A DNA stretch of 64,000 nucleotides from Podospora anserina (lineage: Eukaryota). The stretch spans positions 1,550,001 to 1,614,000 of the forward strand of contig CM030332.1 in NCBI GenBank assembly GCA_017654855.1, in the 5' to 3' direction. Numbering within the stretch: position 1 is the first letter of the stretch; every line of letters starts with the position of its first letter. Below the pieces are notes generated by a model. It was not told where the DNA came from and did no database searches. It saw only the letters and a program-made list of their open reading frames with translations. Below are positions 1 to 12,054 of the stretch, piece by piece. The translations under genes were made by a program, and so were the position numbers.

Positions 1-192
1 TTAATGAAGTGTTATATAGATGTTGATATCAGCAAGCCATTATATATAACTGTTATTAAGTACGATCTCCTGATGTGTTCTTTGTAAATGCTTGTTCTCC
101 CAAGGCTTACCTAGCCATCAGTTGTGTCAATATTAGACCGCTACTCACATCTAAACCACCACCCCCTTGACTTAAGCACATATGGCTTAACA
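1..192. mobile_element. Possible 3' end of an LTR or RIP-mutated repeat, truncated by the window edge
   Basis: AT- and TpA-rich segment (ttatatagat, tatatataac, ttattaag) with a TATATA-like box, ending ...GGCTTAACA at about 192, after which composition shifts to C/A-rich. A terminal CA fits an LTR end. No second copy in the window. Confidence 0.3.
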
Positions 193-1561
193 GAACCTAT
201 CCCTCAAATCAACCACCCCAAACCCCAAACACGCCCACCGTGAACGTCACAAACCCCACCAGACCCTAAGCTTATTCAAAGACCACACCAGCACCAAGAA
301 TAAGAAACCGCCCTCCCCTACTCTTCCTTTCCTCTTTTCTTCCCTCGCCCTCCGGGGCCCTTGGTTAGTTTGCAATCTTGCAAACATTTACAGAAAGGCC
401 TGCACCTGCTCCAAGTTCCCAGTCCGAGGATGATGGATGGCACGCTACTCAGAGACACTGCTACAATTTTTGGTCACCTGATTTGCAATTGCAAATATTG
501 CAGAGAAGAAAGATGGGCACGCACTCCAACCTGGGGATGGCATGCCACATACTCAAAGAGACTGCTACCATTCCCCGCTGTGATCATGGTTTTGCTGTGA
601 CATGGAGGAGGAGAAACTCATCAGTATGGGACTTGACAGTGTCTTGAGCCAGGCCTCAGTCTATCAAGTGGTATAAAACCGTCACCAGTCGTCTACCTCC
701 CAAGTTGAAATGCATCTATGAAAGCCAACACTGTGAACAATTGATGAGTGAGTATCGCCCAGGTAAACAACTGAGCAAACAAGCGACAACCACCAAAGCA
801 CGAACCAGTAGAAACAACACAAATGACCGAACTAGCATCATATTCAACCGAATATACTAGATATACCTAAGCTAAACTATTTGAAAATCATCCTCCATTT
901 CCCCCCTCTTCTCTTCTCTCGTTGCGCGCAGCAAATGGTATCCTACACTACTGCATTCCATAACAGTTGACATAATTACTCATTGCGCTCCTTCGCCCCA
1001 AACCATGAACCGCCCGCTTTGCATCAACAAAAGGAATAATCCTGGCTTATCGAAACTTTGCCAACCACCTGCCGCCATGAGTGCAAATGCTGAAAATGAG
1101 ATAATCAACACAAGCGGTGCCCCCCTAATCCTAATCCCCAACAGGGGCTTCCTTCTTCTTCTTGTCCACCTCAACCCCCCAATGACGGTTCCTTTTCTGA
1201 ATGACGTAAACAAAAAAACAAAACGGGTTGCGATAACACATCTCCCAACAACAACAACAACAACAACAACTACATTTTTTTGCCCAGCCAGAACAATGGT
1301 ATCTTCCAGTTGTCTCCCTTTCCCCCGATACGCCAAAACGCCCACTCGGTTCGTATTTGACGACCGTGTGAAAACATTTGTTAACAAGAGAATATAAAAA
1401 AGAAAAGACAACAAAGGAAAATGAGATAGCCGTCCATGCGCCGCCGCCTTCCTAGATAATTCCGCCAAGAGGCAAATGATGTACAGTGAATAGCCGAGAC
1501 CAAAAGCAAACCCAAAACACCAGGTTGGATGCTGTTTATGCTGTCAATGCCGCGCTGGACT

Positions 1562-3547
1562 CTAAGCCGAAACAGACACGGCAGCAGTCGTAGCCACAGC
1601 ATGCCCGGGCTCGTTACCTTGATGTTGCTCACGAGCCATCTCACCACCTGCTTCCCTCTCGGCCCAGTCACCCCAGAGACCACGCTTGCCGCGCACCCGG
1701 ATTGGGCCGCCAAGGGATCCCTCGGGTTGCTCGACCTTGATGGCATCCTTGGTGGCAAGGACAAGGCACTCAAAGAACATCTTGGTGGCATCGGCCTTGC
1801 TTGTCCTTCCTTCTGGCAGGAGTTCCTGGAAGACAACGGCATTCTTCTTGCGGACTTCAGCATTGGTTTCGGCCTCAGCACCGAAGAGGTCGCGCAGGAT
1901 ATGGACAGCATGCTTGGTGCCAATCGATACGGGCCCGCTGTCAGCGGGGTGAACGATGGGAACGCTGGTCTCATCAAAGTTGGGCATCGGGCTAGAGGCC
2001 TCGTGGCGCCTCTCCCCCTCTTCGTCGTGCTGCAGCACAGCAGTCTCATCAGCGGGAATATCGAGAACTGTGCCATCGGCAGCGATGGACTGGTTGCCAA
2101 TAACGGTCCCGTCCATGTTGAAAACGCTCTCGTCGGCGGGAAGTTCAAGACGGGGAGACTTGGACCTGTTTTGCTCTTCGTCCGTCTCCATGTCGGCAAC
2201 GCCGCTATCGCGCTTCCGCTTGAGCTCATTTGGCCGAATCGAGCCAAGGGACAAGAGACCCTTCAGCTCGGGAGCCCACCCATCACTGCGGCCCTCAAAC
2301 AAAATGTTCTGAATAAAGCCACCATTTTTGTGGAGGTCCTCAAGACCAGTGATGTACGGGTCGTGAGTGAGGAAGGACTGTGGCTTCAAGATGTTGTCGC
2401 GCTTCGCCTGCTGTTCCCTGATCTGTTGAGTAGACAGAACAGTTTGCTCATCAGGTTGGAGTAGCTTTCTCTTCTTCTGGCGCTGAGGGGCGTTGGCAAT
2501 GGTGGCGGTTGGCTCGTCACTAGGCTCGTACAGATCGGTAGTCATGTGGCGGCTGTACTCCATCTCAACCTCCTTGGCAAACTCCTCATCAATGTCGGAC
2601 AGCGGGGACTCCGAGATGCGGGCGCGGCTCATATCGGGGCCAGCAGCTGCGGGCATCGCAGACGCATCACCAACATTGAGCGTGACATCGTCTGGCATGG
2701 CGATATCGCCCTCATCATCCATGATGTGAACGCCATCGCCAAAGTCAAGTCCTTCCAGGGAGACGGCACGCTCGTTTCTGTCCTTGCCCAGGTCGAAGTC
2801 CATCTCGCTGAGCATGTCGTCCTCAACAGACCGGACGGGAGGCGCATCTCTGCCCATTTCCACGCTCCGGTCCAGCCTTGATCCTTCAACAATATCCTCA
2901 CCAAAATCCAGTTTCAGACCAAGATCGTCATCGAAATTACCGAGTCCCATTTCCTCGTCCTCATCCTGATATGTATTTTGAAGGAACTGGCTATTGTTGA
3001 AATCCTCTTGCAAATATGTATCTCGGTTCAGCGCACGAGCCTTGCGGGCCATAGAGGGCGTCGCAGTGATCGCATCCAGTTGTGACAGGAGGAAATCCGA
3101 GCTTGGTGGTGGGAGCAAATCGAGGTTGTCGTACATTGTGATTTTATCAGGCAACATTAGAGCTTCCTTGTTCTGAATGTGCAAGTTTGTGGGAATATCA
3201 TGATTGCCAGTCGAACGGAAAGCCTGCGCATGTTAGAAATCATATTGTCTCGCGCAGCTGGGTTCAAAGAGCTGAACGCTTACCATTTTGATCTTGACAA
3301 GAGCTTCATTGCAGTCGTCGAGCAGGTAGCGGGCCTTGCGGCTGTAGATGCGAACGACACCTAGCAGGAGCTGGCCGGAGAGACGGAGAGCTAAGGGGGC
3401 ATCGTTGGGAGCGATAATGGCGTCGACACTGTCCTGGAGATTGTGCTGCAAAATCTGGACTTTCGACACCTTGCGCTCCTGGTTGGCAGATAGCCATGCC
3501 TTGGCCAAGGGGCCGGTGGCGCTGAGAAGCGTGCCCGACCAGAACAT
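1562..3547 (-). CDS. rad21: Cohesin kleisin subunit Rad21/Scc1 (2 exons: 3547-3284, 3223-1562)
   Basis: N-terminal Rad21_Rec8_N motif (GPLAKAWLSAN...LALRLSGQLLLGVVRIYSRKARYLLDDCNEAL) and C-terminal winged helix (ATKMFFECLVLATKDAIKVEQ). Intron 3283-3224 (GTAAGC...CTAAC...CAG) joins KIKM|AFRS in frame. Confidence 0.95.
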
Positions 3548-4984
3548 GGCGGCGACGGGAGTACCGGGAGCAAGTGAGGTGGTTTACCGAGTGCAAGTGA
3601 ATAATATACAGCTATGACTGGTTGTCGATCTCGAGCGTCGACGGCGGAGGGGTGCGCGGGGCAGACGGGTGTGGTTGCTGGAGGTGACGATGGTGGGTTG
3701 TTGGGTTGTCGGGGTTGCGGAGGAGGGTAAACAAGAAAGCGCGTGTTGCGTTGTTTGGTGAACGGGCGCGTGGTCGAAGCGCCGTCTTCGGCTTTGGTGC
3801 CGACAGTTGCGCAAAATACCAAAAAATGGCGATGATGTTGAGATAATTGTACCAGACAATGCAATGCGCGTCGGCCGGAGAAGTCGCGATCGGGTCTGGG
3901 TGCGATGCGCTGGATGGAACAAAGGCGAATTGGTGAAGAAAGAGGGAGGGGACGTGGTTCGAGGGCCGGGTGAGTGTGGGAATTGCTTGCCGTTTGAAAA
4001 TCGAGTTGCTGCGAAATTTGAGAGGCTGGGGACAGCTGCACCAGCCACAATCAATTAACCAGCCAACAGCGCGCCGAGCTGAGTCACGTGGCTTGGTGTC
4101 GCCTGTTGGACATCAGCCTTGGCGGATTACATCACCAGGCGATAGCCATCTTCGTCGCAAGTTGATGTGGCTTTCCTAACTTGCGCGTCATTCGTTTCGC
4201 AATTGCGGTCGAATATCCGTATCTCTCTCGCTGTCTCCCAAGCAATCGACTCTCGACTCTCACATGATACATGATCAACTACTCGACGGTTCTTTCAAGG
4301 AAACTGGGACCAGACCTTCTTCAACACAAGAAGAGCATGATTATCAGTTATCCCGGAATATCCTTCGTACTACCCAGTTCTAGCTCCAAGACCCTTTGGT
4401 GTTTCAGTCGGTCTTCAACTTTTCATCCTCTCCGATGTGCGAAATGATGGCCGAAAGGTTGTCGCATTGAATTTCTGACCAATGGCAGCCTGCGTTTTAT
4501 CTGCCACCCCTTTCAGCCTCATGACATCCCTGAAAAGTTGCCAAGGCCTTTTGGGAGTGGCCTGTGTGCCCCTGGAAGTCCGGCTGGTCGGTCCAGATGC
4601 AGACACGTTCCACAATGGTGGATGGCACCGCGACTTGGTCCAAGTTTCCACTTTGTATCCAACCAGACCACTGCCGTCCAACTCAAAAAGTTTCCCTCCC
4701 AGTGGATTCAAACCCAATTCCGCACGGAGTCTACGGATGTGGTGATGCCTCTCCCGTGATGCACTATTCTTGTTCAAACTTTTAGCTCCCCTGCTTTCAT
4801 CCCGCCATCTGTCTGTCAGCCCAGCTCTATCGACCAACATTCGCCCCCTTCCTCACACCCATCGCAGCAGCCATTGATGTCTTTCGGTCTGGATCTCAGC
4901 TTTCGCTAGGGCCCGTTGCGCCCAGGCCAGGCATTTGGCATATCTACACGTCCTCCTGATCCTGAACACACCGCCAGAATCGAA

Positions 4985-7900
4985 ATGGATCGCTTTACTC
5001 GAACGAATGGCGGCGATGCGCTGCCGATCTACCACAACTCCCCTGTGCCTGCGCAGCTCACCATACCTCAGGCCGGTGACCGCCCCCCATCTACCTCACC
5101 ACGGACGACGTCTGCACAATCAAGAGTAGGAAGGGGAAATGTTCTTTTCATAATGTTGCGGCGCGATGGGCTAACTGTGTTTTACTAGAGCATTGCCAAC
5201 GAATATTCTTACCAAAGCCCCGCCGAAGTCGCATCTCGATTAAATACGTCGTTAACTCAAGGCCTGACGGCTGCGGAGGCCCTTTCAAGGCTACGCGACT
5301 ATGGCCCAAACGAAATACCTCACGCTGAGCCTGAGCCATTATGGTTGCGGTTTCTCGGGCAGTTCAAAGAGCCCCTGATTGTCTTGCTGCTGTGCTCGGC
5401 TGGGCTGTCATTGCTGGTAGGAAACATGGACGACGCTGTCAGCATCACAGTGGCGGTGACCATTGTGATTAGTGTGGGGTTCTTGCAAGAATATCGTTCC
5501 GAAAAGTCTATCGAGGCACTCAACCACCTGGTTCCGAACCATGCGCATCTTGTGCGGAAACAAACATCGGGTACGACCCCTGGGGCCCGCACCCCAAACG
5601 AACCGACGGCCGGCGCTTCAGGATTAGCGACGCCCGAGGAGGAGGTTCTCGAGGCTACTTCATCAAAAGTCATGGCCGCCCAGCTTGTACCTGGTGACCT
5701 CGTTCTCTTCACCACTGGCGATCGTATCCCTGCCGACATTCGAGTCACCAAAGCTGCGGACTTGACCATCGACGCCTCGAACCTCACAGGAGAGAATGCA
5801 CCTGTCAGGATCACAGCAGATGCTCGCCCCCGCCAAGGCTTCGCATCACCTGCCCCAGGCGATGCCAGCCTTCAGCTGCCTCGTCCAACTTTTGCGGCAG
5901 GCAATGCGGACGACAAGGGTCAAAATATTGCGTACATGGGAACACTGGTAAAATCCGGACATGGACAAGGAATTGTGTTTGCGACTGGAGGTGATACGCA
6001 CTTTGGCACTATTGCCACCAGTGTCTCTGGAACTGAAAGCCCGCGGTCCCCTCTCCAGCTCTCCATGGACGACCTAGGAGGCCAGCTGACACGCATGTCG
6101 TTTGGAATCATTGGTCTGATCTCCATATTTGGATGGTTGCAGGGAAAGAACCTGCTTGAAATATTCACCATCTCCGTCTCACTGGCTGTTGCGGCTATTC
6201 CTGAAGGTCTTCCCATCATTGTCACGGTCACCCTGGCTTTGGGTGTTCACCGGATGGCTAAACACAACGCCATTGTCCGTCGGATGCCGAAAGTTGAGAC
6301 GCTGGGTTCTGTGAATGTGGTCTGCACAGACAAAACGGGAACACTGACAACGAATCATATGACAACGACCAAGATTTGGACATTTGGCAATGACGATGCC
6401 TTCAATGTTGATTCGGACGAAGAATTGACGGGAAAGGAGCCCGACGCTGCCACCCACAGGATCTTGCGCATTGGCAACATTGCCAACAATGCCCGTCCTG
6501 CGAGAAATCACAATGAAAATGGACCTGCTGCCAGAGCCGTCTTTTCCTCCACGCAACATAGAGGTCAAGGGTCGTCATCATACACCCGTTGGGTAGGACA
6601 ACCCACAGATGTTGCTATGCTTGACCTGTTGGATCGGTTCAGTTTACATGACGTCCGTGACTCCCTTGGACCTCGAGTTGCTGAGACGCCATTCAGCTCT
6701 GAGCGCAAGTGGATGGGCGTCGTCATTGCAGACGGAGATAAGGAACATGCATATATGAAGGGCGCGATTGATCGAGTCCTCGACACTTGCGATACATACG
6801 TGACAGATGATGGGCGGGAGTTCGTCATGGATGCTGGTCGCAGGGAAGAGGCTATACAGGCAGCCGAGAAGATGGCTAGGCAAGGCCTCCGTGTCCTTGC
6901 TTTTGCCAATGGTCCGGTAAATAAGTCTGCTAGGAGCAAGGCTGCCAGGAGCACCACTCCGAATGGCCGGGAAAGTCCAAATGCTGTTGGTGCTGTTGAA
7001 GAGCAGTACCGGGGACTTACTTTTGCCGGACTTGTAGGCATGAGTGATCCCCCTCGACCTGGTGTCGGCCGCTCTATCAGAAAACTGATGCGAGGCTGTG
7101 TCAAGGTTATCATGATTACTGGCGACGGCGAATCAACCGCTTTGGCGATTGGCAAGCAATTGGGAATGGCGGTCGCCGTTCCCACAGAACACTCTTCGAA
7201 TCAGATCACCGTCAAGCCAGTATTGCGGGGTGATGAGCTTGACGAGATGTCCGATGAAGATCTTGCTCGAGCTTTGGATCACACCACTATCTTTGCCCGC
7301 ACCACCCCCGAACACAAAATGAAGATCATTCGCGCTCTCCAGTCTCGTGGTGATATTGTCGCCATGACGGGAGATGGAGTCAACGATGCACCTGCCCTCA
7401 AAAAGGCGGATATCGGCATTGCCATGGGCATGCATGGAACTGACGTCGCCAAAGAGGCGGCTGATATGATTCTAACGGACGACGATTTCTCTACTATTCT
7501 TCACGCTATCGAGGAGGGCAAGGCCATCTTCAACAATATTCAGAACTTCCTCACCTTCCAGCTGAGCACAAGCGCGGCCGGCCTCTCTCTTGTCTTGATC
7601 TGCACCGCTTTGGGGTTCAAGTCTCCATTGAACGCGATGCAGATTCTGTGGATCAGTAAGCACCCCCTTCGACGCCTTTTCAGTCACTTCGATCATTAAC
7701 ACAGTACAACAGACATCATAATGGATGGGCCTCCGGCGCAATCCCTCGGCGTCGAAGCTGTAGACAAGGACGTTATGAACCGCCCTCCCCGCCGCCGTAA
7801 CGACGCGGTCCTTACTCGCCCGTTGGTTTCTCGCGTGTTGACCCAAGCGTTTGTCATTATGGTTGGCACGATGCTGGTTTACACTCACGAAATGCAAGAC

Positions 7901-8266
7901 GGCATCGTCACCCGTCGGGACACCACCATGACCTTCACCGCTTTTGTCATGTTTGACATGTTCAACGCTCTTGCTTGCCGTTCCGAATCGAAATCGATCT
8001 TGAGAGGAGAAGTTGGGCTGTTCAGCAACACTCTGTTCAACTGGGCCGTGAGCTTGAGTATGTTGGGGCAGCTGCTGGTGATTTACTTCCCTTGGCTGCA
8101 GGAGGTGTTCCAGACGGAGGCGCTGGGGTGGAGGGATCTGGCGAAGCTGGTGGTGCTGTGTAGCACTGTCTTCTGGGTGGATGAGGGGAGGAAGTGGTTG
8201 AAGTATGGGAAGGGAAAGATTGGGTTGGGTGGGAGGACAGGGGGTGGGTATAGTCAGGCTGTGTGA
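4985..8266 (+). CDS. pmr1: Golgi Ca2+/Mn2+-transporting P-type ATPase, SPCA/Pmr1 (exons 4985-5125, 5189-7655, 7713-8266)
   Basis: Motifs [34 protein letters not shown] and, after splicing, [20 protein letters not shown]. Introns 5126-5188 and 7656-7712 have GT/branch/AG signals and keep the frame. Confidence 0.95.
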
Positions 8267-9119
8267 TGACATTGAGTATTGGGATAGGATGGTTTGTTTT
8301 AAAAGGGGGATGGCGGGGTCGGTGGTCTTAATAATTATCATTGGTGAAATGAACATATATACATGAGCATTGCGGTGAATTGGCATCCCAAGAAGCATTG
8401 TCCCCTTGGGTTTGGGGACGGACGGGGGGGTTATAAGGGGTTGGATGGATACGGCGGGTTGTGGTAATAGACTTGGGGGTGGGGATTGGAGAGGCGGGCT
8501 TTTTTGTATAATTATGGATGAATATTACATTGATGTGTATGAAAGTCGCTGTGCCGGTGGCTTTTGCGGCGTGTCCAGATGTATAGAGCTGTGTTGGGCC
8601 TCCAACAAGGGCAGTGGACGGAGATGTGTTTCCACTTTTAGGGAGTATTTGATGTAACCGAAGGAACTTTGGAGTTGGTCTGCTCGATGATTTTCCAGTA
8701 TCATTGAGGCGAAGGTTGGGGCTACGGGAGCGGCTCGGCCATGCATAAGGTAACAGTCTGCCTTCATGCATCTGGAGAGGAAGGACTGGAAAGTCGGATC
8801 ATACCTGCCCATGTAAATCCGGGCAGCATCTGGCTGCCTGATTTTTGTGGACTGGATTGGAAGGTGCGGTCAATCTGGTGAGTGAGTGGTAGGGCAGGTG
8901 CCAGCTTTTGCACCTTCCTCCCGCGTTTCCAGTCAGCTGTGACTTAGTTTCCTGTTCTCCGCCTTTTCTCCCCTCTCATTCTCCGTCCTCTCTGGTTCCT
9001 CTTACAGAAAATTCGTGGATCTTGTCTCGTTGATCACGGCTTCTCTCCAACCTCCTACTTTTGAGCTCACGATCGTGGGCTCTGCCACTGGGATATCAAC
9101 AATACGAAAACCCCGAGAA

Positions 9120-10150
9120 ATGTCGGTTGGTTCCAGGGTCAAAATGGTAGGCATTGTTCCGAGTTACGATGACAGAATTGTCGAGATTATTGTTCGGCGG
9201 CTTGGCCCGACTGCCGTGAAGGAGTGTACCGAGGATTGCGACAACTTCATCAGAACCATCCCAAGCTCCGAAGGTCGACTTATCACGGGCAGGGATGCGT
9301 GGGATGATTGTGTCGAGCATTCAACTATCTGGTATTGTCCGTTTTCATCTTATTCTCTCTGAATCAGACGCTTCGCCATCCGTGGAACTGAGCAGGCAGC
9401 TGATTTCAGAGTAACAGGTCACTGCACCTATGCAATACCTGGCTACTGCGACAATCCGGTCCCAGCTGGTTTCGAAAAGGTCAGTGATGGACGATGGGCA
9501 TACTGGTGCCCTCACGCATGGGGTTTCTGCTTGGGGAAGAATGCGAAGATAATTGCAACATGCTTCTCTTCGTGGACGATGCGAGAAGCCACGAGATATC
9601 CAGTCTTCCGCAGGCTCTCCAATATTGGCCTGAACAGTGGAGGAGGGAGCAAAACTGGCGCTACGCAGCCGAAATGATTCAGCAGGAAAGTTCTTCTAAG
9701 GAGCCTGAGACAGCTGATCGTCTCGCGGGGAGTCTGTCCATGGTATCTACTCAACATGGTTGGGGGTACGTTGTTGTCATAGCAAAACCAGAATTCTTCT
9801 TGCTTGCTAACTTCGAATCTAGCGACTTTGGAAGCCGGAGTTCCGGGGAGAGAAACTCTTCTGCTCTTTTGACACCGGTCTCAACCGTGCCATCCACAGT
9901 CAAGGACGATTTGAGGAACAGTTCACGTCAGGAGCAGCAGCCCAGTCCGGCCAGATCTCGCGGTGAACTTGACAGCGTCATGCGAATGGCGACGGGAGCT
10001 CGTGCAAGGAGAGCAAAGGCAGAAGATGAGGAAGCCGAAGCTAGAAAGGAGATGAATGAAGCTCGACAGAAGATGGAGGAAGCCGAGAACAAAATCCAGC
10101 AAGCTGGCCTGGAAGCTAAGAAAGCTGACGAGGAGGAATCACGGCGCTGA
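9120..10150 (+). CDS. Hypothetical protein with C-terminal coiled coil; 5' structure uncertain, possibly frameshifted
   Basis: ORF 9494-10150 ends in an E/K/A-rich heptad helix (AKAEDEEAEARKEMNEARQKMEEAENK). An upstream protein-like ORF (9015-9362) and a possible intron at about 9332-9417 are present but do not join cleanly in frame. Confidence 0.4.
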
Positions 10151-10990
10151 AGAGAGTGACTGAGCTGGCATTGGCGCGGATTGGTTTGATGGAAGAGCGG
10201 GTAAATCCAAAGAAGGAACAAGATTCAGGATGGTGATTGAACTCGGTAGCCTCACCCCTAGGGATTCTTCTCTGGCTTCAGTTGGTGGCGCGTAATGCGA
10301 GGATTTTGGGCGGATGATGGGCGGCGAGTTGCTCCGTGCCCGATGAGGATTCCCTGCTCCTTTACCACCTAGATTTAGATGACATGGAAAGTCTGTACTA
10401 TGAAAAAGGTTACTCAATAACTTTCTCATTTGTTGACGATTGTCACATTCGTAGATGTACCTTAGTTACCCAAGATTGCCACCGAGAGGAACCCTAACCC
10501 CCGAACCTGCCGCAATTCCTATGGGATTGGCGATATCCAGGTACGTGATGGACACTGTCTGATGGCATGACATATAGTTTCCTCAGATCTTTTTCAGATG
10601 AATCCCAACTCATCATCTTATGTTTCTGTTCTGATGCCACCTGAAATTTGTTGCGACCCACAACCACTTACACTGGCTGGTCAAATTCCAGATTCGGTGA
10701 CGGATCCACCGGCTTCGGGAAGCTGTGGAACCCCCTTTTCTTGGTATCTGCCCAGATATTTGTAAACAAACGCAAGAGGGGAATAGAGGTTTCAGAGACT
10801 CGTGTAGGCTGTGGCATATCTGTTGGGGTCCAGTAGCTGTTGTAGTAAACTGAATTAAAACAGACCAAGTATCACAGATTGTGTATTGCCATTACTATGA
10901 ATTTCTACACCATAGACGTCAAATGTTCACCCTGAAGCTGTTGCCATAGCAACCATTGTTCCACTTTGCGAAACCCCCTTTTCTCCTATC

Positions 10991-12054
10991 TTAACTAGGT
11001 CTCTGAGCAAAAGAATATCCCTCTGGCAAAGGCCCTGCGTCGAGCTCACCCGCGCTTCGATCGGAGGGGAGCTCCTTGACTGAGTTTGTCTCGGGTGCGT
11101 GTGAATGCTGAGAGGAGTGGTGGAAGCCATATGGAGGGCTGTAATGTGGTGTGTTTCCGGGTGCTTGGTTTCCTCCTACTGCTTGCTCGAGTAATTTTTG
11201 GCTTTTGTTCAGCCTCCAGAGGAGGTAGACTACTGCTGCGATGAGGGCTGCGCCGAGTATGGCGCCTATGGCTATACCGGCTGTTGTTGCTGGGGGGAGG
11301 GGTCCTGGTTGTTGTTGTTGTTGTTGAGGTTGGGGTTGGGATTGTGGTTGATTGCCGGGTGAGGATGGGGTTGACTCTGGGGTGGTTGTAGATGAAGCGG
11401 GCTCTGTGGTGGTTATGGATCGGGATGCTGTCGTGGCTGTGCTTTCTGTCGAAGTTGAAGTCAGAGGGGCGGTTGACAATGAGGAAGTCGACGTTTTGGT
11501 TGAGGATAAAGAGGTCGAGGGCTGGAGCTGGAAAGAGATGTACCGAGAAGACTTGGAGTTCCAAGTCGCTGTCGTGACTGGCCGGGCGGGAGGTGCTTCG
11601 AACAAGGCTGATTCGTCACTGCAGCAGATACGGTCGAGGAAGCAGCAGTGCGTGGTGCTGCTGTCGTTTCCGTTGAGGCAAGGTGTCACGACGATCCCTT
11701 GGCGTAGTACTGAGAAGGGAATATGGAGATTAGCTTCTGTTCACCGCAATGCTGTCAACCTGGTCGACTGTGCTTACCAGTACAGAAATTGGGACATTCT
11801 GGTGACAACCAGTTCTTGTCTGTACAAGAGCCACGGCTCATTCTCCCATCTATCCCCATACATAACTTGTTTGATAGGCATCCGCCGCCTGATGAAAAGC
11901 GACCGCAGCAGACACTGACTTCGGCGTCTGGGTCGCAAGGAGCATCATCTAGTGATTCCCCGCCACCGGGGTAGTAACACTTGTTTACAGCCGTGCATCT
12001 ATCAATACAATAAAGAAAGAATAGGGTAAACTGTAGGTTTCCTCTCTTCATCAT
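10991..12054 (-). CDS. Type I membrane protein: signal peptide, Cys-rich ectodomain, Ser/Thr stalk, one TM helix (cell-surface sensor-like); exons 12054-11778, 11709-10991
   Basis: MMKRGNLQFTLFFLYC signal; CYYP..C..CC..C..C..RGSCTD..W..CP.FC Cys pattern; S/T-rich stalk; TM AGIAIGAILGAALIAAVVYLLW followed by RLNK. Intron 11777-11710 (GTAAGC...GCTAAT...CAG) is in frame. Confidence 0.8.

Noticed and set aside
1247-1270. (CAA)n tract, plus (TTCCAC)4 at ~28219 and several poly-A/T/G runs
   Set aside because: Ordinary microsatellites in UTR or intergenic DNA with no evidence of function.
1529-2464. 311-aa plus-strand ORF (and similar long ORFs at 7472-8398, 31038-31982, 37746-38327)
   Set aside because: Antisense shadows of well-supported genes (rad21, pmr1, ELL-like, mrd1), explained by GC-rich codon bias; no domain motifs.
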